NCBI GenBank assembly: GCA_002269645.1
Contig: NIVC01000221.1
Location: 372,001-436,000 of the forward strand
DNA from: Macrostomum lignano
Taxonomy: Eukaryota
Direction of reading: 5' to 3'
Length of the DNA stretch: 64,000 nt
The notes under the pieces were generated by a model. The model was not told where the DNA came from, searched no databases, and saw nothing but the letters and a program-made list of their open reading frames with translations. Both the position numbers and the translations under genes were made by a program. This document shows positions 41,200 through 55,900 of the stretch, one piece after another (within the stretch, counting starts at the first letter, position 1; each line of letters starts with the position of its first letter).

Positions 41200-41390
41200 A
41201 AAATTTCGACAGCAACCGACGGCGAAAGTCCGTACGGTTGGGTCCTGGTTAGTGCCCCGAGTATCAGAACCAGATGACCAGATGACCTCGTGACCAGATC
41301 GCAGTTGGCTGAAAATATGAGAAATTTGACTCCGCGACTTCATGTTGGTGGAAATCTTGCAGGTGCGGGACATCATACTTATTCTAAAGC
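41200..41390 (-). mobile_element. Mariner transposase N-terminal remnant
   Basis: SRSQISHIFSQLRSGH...RGTNQDPTVRT matches SRSQVYHIFGQLRSGH...RGKNRDPTVRT of 58113-59084. Confidence 0.75.
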
Positions 41391-43829
41391 AAGTTCGTGA
41401 ACTCTTCAAGCAAGTCCTTTGTGTGCCCTTGGTTGTTGTCCGTGATTAGGTGGCCACAACCGCTCCTGGAAACCTTCTGTCTAATCTGATCCTCAGGCCA
41501 CAAATATGGGGCTGCATGTGGCTGTCGGGCAGCTGCTGGAGCTGCTCGCTAACGTCGTCTGCTGCTGGCATTGCTGGCGTTCTGGACTCGAAGTCTTTGA
41601 CTTAGCTTGAGCCCATGCACAAAAATCGCAATCCGACTCCACAAAAATCACACTCAAACGCCACACCCATATCCCTCAGACACCACAAGCATCACCACAA
41701 GATCCACAGCGACTGTAAGTGTCCGATTGTGTGTGATAAGCAAAATTCAATGTGCGCAGCTCAAACAGTGCATAGGGTGGTTTTTCAAGTTCTGAGCAGT
41801 TGCTCAACGGCAGGGCCAATATTTCCAGCCAGCCAGGCTATTTGTACGCTATTTGTACGCTATTTGTAGCAAAAGCGTGAGAAAAACCGACTTTCTAATC
41901 ATCAGACATGTACACTCCCTGTGGCTTGTTGACTGACCAACTCCATGGCCAAGTTTTAAATTAATGTGACAGTCTACATGTCAGCTGTCTGTGTGACCAA
42001 AATCAAAGTTCGCGGTCTGAAATTGTAGAAAAATGACAAAAAAACTGCTGCTGAACCGCTCTCTGGAGTCATCCGCTGCTGCTGGCACCGCTCGGGTCCT
42101 GGACTCGGAGTCTGAGTCTGATCGGTAATTGTTGTTGATCACGAGAGTGGAGAGCACGAGCAAAACATCCTACCGCCCTGTACGGGCAACTTACGAGACA
42201 CGAGTATATTTGGAAAGCATTCGAAAAACTATTTAGAAGAGAAAAAGGTAAAAGAAGCGAAAGGAAAAAAATAAGTTGCAAAGATTGCGAGACAGGGGGG
42301 CTAAAAGCAAAAAAACGGACGCAAGCTGGCGAGGAGAGATAGGCTGAGGCGGGCACAACGCACGGGGCTAAAAAGGCCCCACAGACACCCACCCCCGCCC
42401 CGGCGGCGGCGCACCCACCCCCGGGCCAAGCACCCCAAAACACGGGCGACGCCAAGCCCCCCGGCCCCGCTAACAGCGATTGGCCAGCCAATCTACACTT
42501 CCTTGTTCATTAGCCTTTATATATGTGTTTATTTCGTCTTAGTAATTAATTTGCCACATATAAAATTACACAATATGGAAATCAGTAGTTAGCGGCCTGC
42601 CTAATTAATTATCAATAATAGGCAGAAGCAGAGAAGCAAACAGAAGGGAGAAGCCTAAATTGCTCTGACGCATGCAGTCATCAGTCGCATGTCCTGAAAC
42701 AACATTTGGAGCAACAGAAATCGATATGAAGGCTGCCAATCAGTGACATGTGCACCTTGCTTGTGCTCATTCTGTAATTCTATCTGAGCTCAATAAGCTG
42801 AGCTCAATAAGCTGTCCTGATAAACTGTTGCAGTACCTGGGCTTTTCATGTTAATTAAGAGTTCAATGTGCATGTGATGTGTGCCAGTGTATCACAGCTG
42901 GCCTGTAGCAGCTCATGTGTTTATCACATTTTTCAAAATCCAAAAGCTGCTTATTGAGCTCTGTTTACCTGTGCCAAGTAGATTAATTGATTTGATTCGG
43001 TTGATCTTTGATTTGAATTGATTTGGGGTTATCAGGCGGTGGGAGTCGAATACACTGCTGCAGTATTATGGATTTTAACGCATCATCGGCAGATTTAATA
43101 ACTGAATATAATATGTATGAAAAGTCAATATTTGAAGCAAATCACTGACATCTCATATCATTTCATCTGTATAAATGTGTCAGTGTGAGTCACATTGATT
43201 CACACACTGAGATGCAGCTGCCGCCATCAGGCTGCGAAGGTCTCTGAAAAGCCGGAGGAGCATGCAGTCAGGGCTGTTAGGCCTCACTAATGTTTAAGCA
43301 ATCACAGAAGCTCACAACCCACCAGCGAATCATGAACTCTGCGTCCCAGGCCGCAACAATGGGGCTGTACGTCGGGCTGCTGCTGAGCTTCTCGCTGACA
43401 TCGTCTGTTGCTGGCACCGCTGGGGTTCTGGAGTCAGAGTCTGACGGCATGGCTGATTTGAGATAGATCGAGCTTAATTTCGCGTGAGCAATTATAGATG
43501 GATAATGCTATAAATAATATATATAGCGGTGACGGCGGCCGCCGTGTCAGACTTTTCTTCTTTCTGAACCTGAAATGATCCTACACACGGCGAACAAGGC
43601 CTAACAGCAGCCTACAACAACAGAATGAGAATGCATTTCTCATTCTGTAGGATTCTCATTCACCCGAGCGAAGTGGCCCGGGTGGCACTGAGGCCGGGTG
43701 GCGGACAGACACAAGTCGACAATTGTGTGTGGACAATTTGTAGGAGTTTCCCGGGACTTTCCACGGCGCGCCGGCCTCAGTGTATGGTATGTTTCTGTTT
43801 TTCTGCTTTCTGTATCAATTTCTGTATCT

Positions 43830-44337
43830 GGGGAGAGACAGGGGAGATACAGGGTGAGAGGGAGAGACAGGGGAGAGACAGGGGAGATACAGGGTGAGAG
43901 GGAGAGACAGGGGAGAGACAGGGGAGATACAGGGTGAGACGGAGAGACAGGGGAGAGACAGGGGAGATACAGGGTGAGAGGGAGAGACAGGGGAGAGACA
44001 GGGGAGATACAGGGTGAGAGGGAGAGACAGGGGAGAGACAGGGAAGATATAGGGTGAGAGGGAGAGACAGGAGAGAGACAGGGGAGAGACAGGAGAGAGA
44101 CAGGGTGAGAGGGAGAGACAGGAGAGAGACAGGGGAGATACAGGGTGAGAGGGAGATACAGGTGAGAGATGAGAGGTGAGAGACAGGGTGAGAAGGAGAG
44201 ACAAGGTGAGAGACAGGGGACAGGGTGAGAAGGAGAGACAAGGTGAGAGACAGGGTGAGAGGGAGAGACAGGGTGAGAAGGAGAGACAAGGTGAGAGACA
44301 GGGGAGATACAGGTGAGAGACAGGGTGAGAGACAGGG
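43830..44337. repeat. GA-rich minisatellite, paralog of 2429-2785
   Basis: Same unit and same right flank (AAAACTC.CAGCTCCA...CCGTCCCCCATCTGAAATAC). Confidence 0.95.
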
Positions 44338-45598
44338 CTCCGAAAACTCGCAGCTCCATGGTTAATGCCAGCCCAGTCCAACCGTCCCCCCATCTGAAAT
44401 ACTACTGCAAATATTGAATAATTAGTTTTCCACAGATAGCATTATAAAATAAGGGAGAGGCCAAATCGCTCTCTTCTGATGCATGCAGTCATCAGTCGCA
44501 TGTGCTGAAACATTATTTGGAGCAACAGAAATCGATATGAAGGTTGCCAATCAGTGACATGTGCACCTTGCTTGTGCTCATTCTCCCAGTAAAAAAGGTT
44601 TGTCGGAATCCGATCGGAATTTCTGCAGGAATTTGTCTCGTGCAATCCGATCGGAATGTGACGCTAATATCCGACTAAATTACGATTAGGTTGTATTTTT
44701 CAGAATTTGCTTTTGCATCGACTAGCTTGCATAAAAATAAACAAATCGGTTTTCAAAGTAACTTAGCAAAATATTACAATATTTAAAATATTATTCTGCC
44801 TGAAGAGTGAAGCACAATAATGATTGGCTATTTAATTAACTCAATGCATTGTATATTATGCAATTATAAAGATTACACTCAGCAATTTCTGCAGAACACG
44901 TCAAGAGAGTAACTGTATTACATGTGGATGCAAGGAAACGTCGATAAACAGCATAATAACAATAATGAAATATATACAGAAAATGAGTACGGAAAACGAA
45001 TAAAAAGATACAGAAAACAAATACAAAATAATACAATATGATAGATGAAGAACACATGAATGCAAAAAGCTAGCTAGCTAGATAAATGTGAACCAAACGG
45101 CTGCATTATCAGCACTTACAGCCTGAGTCAGCAGATGCTTTGTCATCACAGGTGGCGGCAGAGGCGCCATGTCAGCTCCTTCATTGTCGCGATTGCTTCC
45201 CCCACTGACACTCCACGATTGTTGGTCTGGCGCTCTTGCACTTTCAGACGCGATCGCAGAAGGTCTGGATGGCCTTTTGATGCAATCCAGAGAGAACTCG
45301 GAGGATAGGGTCCTGCATTGAGTAATTTAGAGAGTTGATGGCATGATCAGCAGACCAGTTGGGCACCTGCACTGTCATTAGAAAGATTTGGAAATAAGAA
45401 ATATAACAATAGTTGTCTTTAGGCAAGGCAAGAAAAAACTTAATTAGATATTCTTTAGAACTGGTATAAAAGCAATTGGAATATACGAAAAGAATAAAAA
45501 ACACAAAGAACACATACCCTTCAAGATCTCGCCAAAGTATGCATTGAAAGACAATTTGACCTTTGATCCTTGTCAGCCTGGACCTGTTGCTGGACCTG

Positions 45599-47230
<1,632 letters not shown>

Positions 47231-47743
47231 GAGTGCACACCTGGAGTGCGTACACATTATGTGACACCTAAAGCAACTGAGATTTACACCCTAAATGCCT
47301 GAAAGACACAGAGAGACACTCTGTGATACACAGTCACACAGAGTGCTGCAACTACCTAGGGACACACAAAGAGCCACAATTACCAGACTGACACATTAGG
47401 AATTTTAGGAGTGACTAAATTTTTTAGGAGTTGGGAGTTAGGTTTTCTCCTTTAGGATTTTAGGAGCCAAGAGTGACACCCCCACACTAAACAGCTACCC
47501 GGAGTAACTTAAGTGATAAGAGTGCCACAGCTACCCAGAGTGACACACAGGGTGCCACAGCTACCCAGAGTGACACACAGAGTGACACCCAGAGTGACAC
47601 ACAGAGTGCCACAGCTACCCAGAGTGACACAGAGTGCCGCAGCTACCCAGAGTGATACAGAGTGACACACAGAGTGACACCCAAAGTGACACCCAGAGTG
47701 ACACCACAGCACCAACAAACCGCAGTCGCCGCTCCCCCCACAG

Positions 47744-47954
<211 letters not shown>

Positions 47955-49854
47955 TCACCCAGGCTGCAATTCTCACTGCATGCTGGGCCTTTTCGATACA
48001 TATCGGCCCGGACTCAAAGCCTGATTGCGTCTATTCTAATAGGCGAATGCGATTGCAATGTTAAATGTGCCATTTCTATCAATAATAATAATAATATCCT
48101 TTGCATACTACTGTCAGGTATTCAGGCTGCATTTGCGATCTGCTTCATTCTCAGTTGAATGCTCTGTCGAAATGTTTCAATTGTTTTAAATAAACTGAAG
48201 GTGCTCCGTTTGAGTCTTCAGAATCGACAAAAAACAGCATTTGCTGGCGTTGGCTGCATTTTGCTATTTGAGGCTGACAGAATGAGGTAACAGTTTCAAT
48301 AAATATGAGTAGCAAGGAGTAGTATGTTTGGAAAAACCGTGAATTTACCGCAGCTTTTGAATTGTACGCTGGTACGTTGTACGCAGATAATTTCTGTGGC
48401 TATTTTTAGCTACCGTGTACGTATATGAACGAGCGAACGTCTCCCCCGGGATTCTCTGAATTCTTCTCTCCCCAGAATTTAAACAAGACAAATTCTCGAG
48501 TTACTACTGTTCAGGCTACCAGAAGATTTATATTCACAAATGGAGATTCTATTCCTCATTAGCCGTTTGTATTTGTTTTTTAGTAATATCAATCTTTTAG
48601 TAATATCACGACAATATTTAATAATTAGTTTGCCACAGATAATATTATAAAATATGAAAATCAGCAGTTATCGGCCTGCGCATTAATTATTAATAAATAG
48701 GCCGAAGCAGAGAAGCAAACAGAAGGGAGAAGCCTAAATCGCTCTGACGCATGCAGTCAACAGTCGCATGTCCTGAAACAACATTTGAAGCAACAGAAAT
48801 CGATTTGAAGGCTGCCAATCAGTGACGTCACTTGTGCTCATTCTATAATTCTATCTGAGCTCAATCAAGGCTGATAAACTGTTGCAGTACCTGGGCTTTT
48901 CATGTTAATTAAGATGAAAATGTGCATGTGATGTGTGCCAGTGTATCACAGCTGTCCGGTAACAGCTCGTGTTTATCACGTTTTTCAAAATCAATAAGTT
49001 GCTTATTGAACTTTGTTTACCTGTGCCAAAGTAGATTAACTGATTCGATTCGGTTGAGCCCTGGGGTTTTCGGGCAGTGGGAGTCGAGTTCACTGCTGCA
49101 GTAATATGGATTTTAACGCAACATCAACAGAATAAATAACTGAATATAATATGTATGACAAGTCGATATTTGAAGCAAATCACGACATCTCATCTCATTT
49201 CTTCTGTACAAATGTGTCAATGTGAGTCACACACACATTGATTTACACAAATTGAGGTGCAGCTGCCATCGCTCAGCCAGCAGGTTGCGAAGGTCTCTGA
49301 AAAGCCGGATTTCAGAGAAAAAGAATTTCAGCATGCAGGGCTGTCAAGCCTCACTAATGCTTGAGAATCACAGAAGCTCAAAAACCAACCTGCGAATCTG
49401 CCATGAGCTCTGCGTCCCAGGCCGCAACGATGGGGCTGGAGGTGGCTGTCGGGCTGCTGCTGAGCTGCTCGCTGACGTCTGCTGCTGGCATTGCCACTTG
49501 ATTTGCGATGTGTCGAGAGAGATCGAGGGCCTGAATGCTTAAGCTTAAGCATTATCCAACACAATGACACAATGAATTTAGTCATATATTTAGTCATATA
49601 GCGATATACTATTTAGTACTTAGTACTGCAGTACTAAGTACTAAGTACTAAGTACTTAGTACTTAGTACTTTAGTACTTAGTACCTTTAGTACTGCAAAA
49701 ATAGTTTAGTAAAATCTCCGGTCTTTCCACGGTTTTGCCGGCGCAAAAAAGGGGCTTCTAGCAGTGCATTGTACTGTTTTTCTATTTTCAAATCTTTTAC
49801 ATTGTACTGCTTGCTGTAATTCACTTATTCTAATATTCTTTTAGCATTTTGAGT

Positions 49855-50440
49855 CCGATGTTGTCCGGTGAAATATCGGACAGGTGCTGTAATCAGGGAT
49901 CCAAGAAACAACAGAAGCAGAACAAATGGCAATTTTCAACATTAGTCGCCACCCTTCTCAATGCAGCGCTGCCATCTCAACTGCCACTTGTTGAAGGCCT
50001 CAGCTTACAGGGGTTTGCGGCCATGGAGTTGGTGACCCCAACAGCACGTCTTAGGGAGCAACAACAACACAATATTCATCTAAAACATTAGATTTAGATC
50101 ATATCGGCGGAATGTTCTTCCACGGTTCCACGATACGAACTTTCCACGGTTTTGCCGGCGCTAGCGGTGCTAAAAATAAAAAATTTACTGTTTTACATTG
50201 TACTGCTTGCTGCAATTCACTTATTCTAATATTCTATTAGCATTTTGAGTCCGATGTTGTCCGGTGAAATATCGGACAGGTGCTGTAATCAGGGATCCAA
50301 GAAACAACAGAAGCAGAACAAACGGCACTTTTCAACATTATTCGCCACCCTTCTCAATGCAGCGCTGCCATCTCAACTGCCACTTGTTGAAGGCCTCAGC
50401 TTACAGTAGTTTGCGGCCATGGAGTTGGTGACCCCAACAG
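49855..50440 (-). mobile_element. Two tandem mariner right-end remnants (~400-bp local duplication)
   Basis: 49720-50050 is repeated at 50140-50450; both have the TIR-like motif and AEAFNKWQLRWQRCIEKGG. Confidence 0.75.
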
Positions 50441-51011
50441 CACGTCTAATTGCTGGCATTATACAGCTGGGTGAAGTGAAGCAATGAGAAGTGTCTGGCT
50501 AAATGACACAAATTGTTCCAGCCCGACTCCGATGTAACCATGTTTTGCACGTGTACAGCGTACACGCCAGCAGCAGCCCGACAGTCACGTGCAGCCCCAT
50601 CGTAACGCAGTCCATGCCGGTCTCTGGCAGATTGGCAGGTGGGTTGTGAGCTTCTGTGGGCTTCTGTTGCTTAAAAATTACCGAAGTGAAGGCCTGACAG
50701 CCCTGACTGCATGCTGAAGTTCTTTCTCCAGCTTTTCAGAGAGAAGCGGCTGAGCGATTGCACCTGCATCTCAATTTGTGTCTCGGAGTCGGGCTGGAAC
50801 AATTTTTGTCATTTAGTAAGACATTAAATTGCTTCACTTCATTGCTGCATTGCTTCACTTCAGCCAGTTGTCACTCTCATACAACATACAACTTTGCTTG
50901 TATTAGATATGCCAAATATTGAGCTTACATTTATACGAGTACAAATCACTTAAATTCATTTCTTAATTCTGTTGATGTCGCGTTAAAAGCCAAAATACAC
51001 TCATATCGATG

Positions 51012-51260
51012 GCACGCGAAGGTGTATTCAGCACGCCAGTGAAGTATGAGACAGACCAGGCCTATGGGCTACGGTCTGCGATGCTTCACGCCTGCCCCTA
51101 TCTTCAGCAGGTCAAGGCTGGAGAGGGAGGTCTGCACCCGCTATTTGCCGCTGGCAGCCGCAGACCCCCCCTCACGCTGTTTCACAAGTCGACCCAGGGT
51201 ACTCGTCCCCGCGTGTGTTCAAGGCAGACCCTAGGGCTGCTGGACAGACTGGCCTCCGAC
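51012..51260 (+). ncRNA. HDV-like self-cleaving ribozyme at the LINE 5' end
   Basis: P1 GCACGCG (51012-18) / CGCGUGU (51210-16) with G1.U wobble; P3 GGG/CCC; L3 UACUCGU; P1.1 AC/GU; P4 hairpin and candidate J4/2 CAGA (51245-48); P2 imperfect. Confidence 0.7.
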
Positions 51261-51481
51261 GCTGGCGACCCATCCAGTGGCTTCGGCCGAATTTGGGTAT
51301 GCGGGTCTGGCTTGCCAGCCTGCAGGCCGTGGTACTGCTTAACGTACCCCCTAATGCCTAAGGTGTTTGACCGTGCCGATGGGCTGGAAGGCCGGGGGGT
51401 TGTCCGGTCGCTAGCGGTCTTTTTCTTTTTCTTCTTTCCTCTTTCTTTTGTGACTCAGCTCACTCCTTCCCGCTTTCAGCT

Positions 51482-52943
51482 ATGGCGTCATCCGCCTCTT
51501 TAACCCCCGCTGAAGCCGGGGCCCCGGCAACTCCGGCCGGTGACTCTGGCACGAGCGCCGCCCCACCGGGGGCAGATGGGCTTGCCGCCGGCTCGGCCGG
51601 TGACATGCCCGCACGCGCAACCGGGCCCTCCGCTGAAGCCCGACGCACCCGCAACCAACGCCGCAACGAGCGGCGACGGCGACTACGGGGTACTGCGGGC
51701 CGGCCACCGGCGGAGGGGGAACCTAGGGAGGGCGAGGCTGCTGTTGGGCCGAAAGGAACCACAGCAACCCCTGCCCCCCAGGATACAACCCCCGCTGGTG
51801 AGCCACCCAGTATACCTGCTACAAGCGCGGCCGGGCCTTCGGGAACCGCCGCCATCAACTACGCCTCAAAGGTCAAGCTCCAACCGGCGGTCATCGTCTT
51901 CGGGGAAGAGCAGGACCTCACGGCCGACGAGCTCGACAGTGCCTGGCGCACCATCGATGCTGCGCTCATCGACCAGCTCCTGGCGGGCCGCCCTGTGAGC
52001 GTGGTCAAGTCTGCCAAGACCGACGGCTGCATCTTCATCTGGTGCAGCTCGGAGGAGAGCAGCCGCAATCTACGCGAGCTTCTGCCAAAGCTGAACTGGC
52101 CCAAGAAGCTCGGCAAGCTCGTCTTCGCCAGCGAGGGCGAGCGACAGAAGACCCAGCGCTTTCGCGTCTGGATCCCGGCCGGCAGTGCCATTAAGTCCGG
52201 AGATCAGCTTAGGCAAATATTGCTAAAGCTGCACCCCGACCTTAAGGTCAACGGGCTCCTACACCACGCCACTTCCCGCAAGGAGAAGGGGGCTACGGTG
52301 ATCCTAGGGCTCTCTGATGACTGGGCTAAGCGCTTGCCGCCTAAGTCCACAATTCATATTGGTCTGACTCAGCTGACCATCCTCCGTTGCGAGGAGCGGA
52401 AAGCTGATGAAGCCAAGAATGCCAAAGCTTCCGAAACCGGAACTGGGGCCCAGGCTCCTCCGGCAAAGAAGCCGAGGCAAACGGCCGATCCTATGCCCGG
52501 TAAGGCAGTTCGCGCTGCTGAAACCGGAAATCGCAATCGCAGACCCGCCAGGAGCACCCGGAGGTCCGGCCTGATCCAGCGCGCGCTGGACCAGGCCAAG
52601 AACCTTCGTGCGCATCGTGAGCGGGCCCGCGCTTCTCGCGCTCCACCCCAACAGCCAGAAGGCCAGACTCTAAGCGGGGAGGCTCCGACCGACTGGTTCG
52701 AGTCTGTGACTCACCAGGAGGCTGGCGCCACCCGCATCGATCTGACCGACGAGGCAGAGGGGACGGGCAGTGACAGCACCGAAGCACGCAGGGGAGGCGA
52801 CGGTAACGTCCACGCTCACGTCCGCGGAGGACTCCACAGCCACCCTAACTGCTGAGGACGCTGAAACTCCCATGGAGGTCTGCGGGTCACCCACCACTGA
52901 AAAGGAGGAGGATGACCTGCTCAACGATTCCCCAACTGCGTGA
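51482..52943 (+). CDS. LINE ORF1 (gag-like; ORF track 51482-52855, probable 1-nt frameshift near 52790 extends it to TGA 52941-52943)
   Basis: Long open frame after the 5' UTR; central domain QRFRVWIP...LLKLHPDL...TVILGL resembles R1/LOA ORF1 regions; the alternative frame continues acidic, low-complexity sequence up to the ORF2 start. Confidence 0.75.
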
Positions 52944-52945
52944 TA

Positions 52946-55900
52946 ATGATCAGCAACCAGGGAATCCATTGCCTGCAGATTAATCTGCAGCACTGCGTCG
53001 CAGCCTCGGTCAACCTTATGCGTTACGCCGAGCTCGACAAGCCGGGGCTCATCCTCGTCCAGGAACCCTGGACTCTCAGAGGTAAGCCTCAAAACGCCCC
53101 TGCTGGCTACAATTGTTTTTATACTTACCCTCGCGAGGCCAACCAGCCTCCCAGAGCTTGCATCTTTGCGAGCAAAACGCTCAGTGCGTGGCTCAGATCG
53201 GACCTGTCCAACAGGGACATCTGCGTCATCCAATCCGAGGACCTTCTTCCTGGGAAGACCACCCTCATTGCCTCGGTTTACCTACCAGGCGATGCTGCGG
53301 TCGTCCCCAGAGCCCTCGCTACGCTGGTAGAGCTCTGCTCTGCCAAAAACTACGAGCTCATGGTTGCCGGCGACATCAACGCCCACCACACTCACTGGGG
53401 CAGCACTGGCATTAATCAGAGAGGCGAAGACCTCCTAGCCTACGTTGCCTCTACGACCCTCGAGTTCTGCAACTCTGGGTCCACCCCTACCTTTGACAAC
53501 GGACGGTGGTCGGAGGTGATCGACGCTACGCTCGCAACGCCCAGACTCTACCAGAGTATTGGGGCGTGGCGGGTGCTTCCAGTGTCCTCACTATCGGATC
53601 ACAAGTTCATCTCCTTCAACCTAATGGCCGCGCGTAGCGCAACTCGTGTTATGTGGAGACGGAACGCCAGAAATACGGATTGGGAAACCTTCGGGCTCGC
53701 CCTGAAGGAATTCCATCGGTCTCCTGGCCAACCATCCACGATCACGTCGTGCCGAGAGGCGGATGAGTGCGCGACTGTTTTGACAGAGACGCTAACCGCC
53801 GCCTTTGAGGCGTCCTGCCCTTTAAAAGCCTATAAAGGGAAAAAATCGGCGCCGTGGTGGAATCCCGAGCTCGGCAACCTCCGTCGCAGGGCTAAGAGAC
53901 TCCACCGCAGAGCAACTAAAACTAAGAGCCCTGCAGACCAAACCGCCTATCATGAAGCAATTCATGTGTTTAAAAGGCAGGTTAGGAATGCAAAGGCTCA
54001 AAAATGGCGACAATACTGTGAGGAGCTAGAGGGCTCACGCCCCACCTCCAGAGTTGTGAAAGCGCTCACGCTGGACAAAATGTCTAAGCTCTCCTCGGTC
54101 AAACGCACCGACGGTACGTCCACGGACAACCCAGGGGAAACGCTTGATGTAATGCTCACTGCGTTTTTCCCTAACGAGCCAGCTAACCAGACCACTCCGG
54201 ATCACTCGGAGGGAGGTCACGCGCTGGCTGCATCTATCATCACGGAGGACCGCATTGTGAGAGCGGCAAATTCCTTCAAGCCTTTCAAAGCCCCAGGACC
54301 AGACGGCATTGTACCGGCCCTTTTAAGAGAGGCGGTTAAATGCCCAGGCTTCCTGCGCAAACTTTGCAGCCTTCTTCGGGCATGCATCACGCTTGGTTAT
54401 GTCCCACAGGCATGGACCGAGGCAAAGGTGATCTTTATCCCTAAGCCATTCTATCAAATCCTTCAGACCGATCAGCTTGACCTCCTCCCTGGTCAAGCTG
54501 ATGGAGAGACTGGTGCTTTGGCGCCTTCTCTCTGTTGAGCTGAAGAACAAACCTCTCAGCGAGAACCAGCACGCTTTTCGGACGGGTCGCTCCACTGAAA
54601 GCGCGCTGCACGTCCTGGTCGATAAACTCGAGAAGGCCGTGCTTGGTAGTGGCTTTGCTCTGGGGATCTTCCTGGACATCATTGGCGCCTTCGATAACGT
54701 CCTCTTTGAGGCGTTCCGAAGAGCTCTTTGTGAGAGGCTAACGCACTCACATCTCACCAGATGGATCATGTACATGATCAGCCATCGCACGGCCACCGCC
54801 AGTCTGCTGGGCTACCAGAGGACGGTCCCCGTCTGCAAAGGTAGCCCGCAAGGTGGGGTGCTGTCTCCAGTTCTCTGGAATATGGTCATCGATGAGCTCC
54901 TCCGGGATGTTCGGCCTGACCCCATTCTGAAAGTTGGATATGCGGACGATGTCACCGCGGTGGCATCTGGTCCGTCCCCTGATACCCTCAGGGACCTTCT
55001 TCAGAACTTCATCTACGCTGCTGAGCAATGGGCGGACCGCTGTGGTTTAAGGCTCTCTGAGACTAAGACCGCAGCGATCATGTTCACCAGCAGGACCAAG
55101 TGGCAGATTCGGCCGCTCACGCTTTACGGAAGGGAAATCCCCTTCTGCAAGCAGACTAAATGTCTGGGTATTACCCTGGACCACAGGCTGAACTGGTCAC
55201 CCCACGTTCAAACAAAAGCCAAAAAGGCCTTCGCAGTCTTCGCGCAATTGCGCAGGGCTGTCGGTACCACCTGGGGGCTCACCCCCAAGCGCCTCTGGTG
55301 GATCTACACTGCAATGGTTAGGCCCGCTATCTCGTATGGCGGCCTGATCTGGGCTAGCGCCCTGCAGATAAAGACCTGTCTAGAGGCTCTCAGGAGAGCG
55401 CAAGGGCGCGCTTGTCGCACGATCATGAGCGCCCCTCCGTCTGCTCCTTACGATGGCCTCAACGCCTTCCTCAACATTCCTCCGCTGGACATCTTTGTCC
55501 GCAGGGAAGCGGCTAAGACTGCCCGCCGTCTAGCTGACGCTGGCATTCGAATCCAGCCCCATAGGGCCATGGCTAAGCGCAAGCTTCTGCCCCACGCTGA
55601 CCTCTGCCTCAAGGACTTGAGAGACAGCGGCGGGCTCCACGTCCTATCTGACGGCGAACCCCGCACTCTCAACCTCTTTCAGCGCTACAAGGTCACCATC
55701 CCCTCTAGGGATGCTGCCAATGACCACTGGAATTTCCAGGAGGTCCATTGCTACACGGACGGATCCATCAAAGACGGTCGCGCCGGCTTTGGGTCTGCAT
55801 CATCATCAACGGCCGCGTAATTGCCACGCATGCCCAGCACACTGGTAGACTCTCCACAGTCTTCCAGAACGAAGTCCTTGCCATCAGCTCTTGCGCTGCA

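Noticed and set aside
50950-51011. rDNA or telomere target site for an R1-like element
   Set aside because: Flanks are the local duplicated module, not 28S rRNA or telomeric repeats; no rRNA genes seen in the window
51251-51298. Second tandem HDV-like core (GCC-TCCGACGCT-GGC...GGCTTCGGCCGAA)
   Set aside because: No matching upstream P1 strand, no P1.1 GG and no adjacent P2; better explained as part of P2/P4 or downstream structure of the first ribozyme
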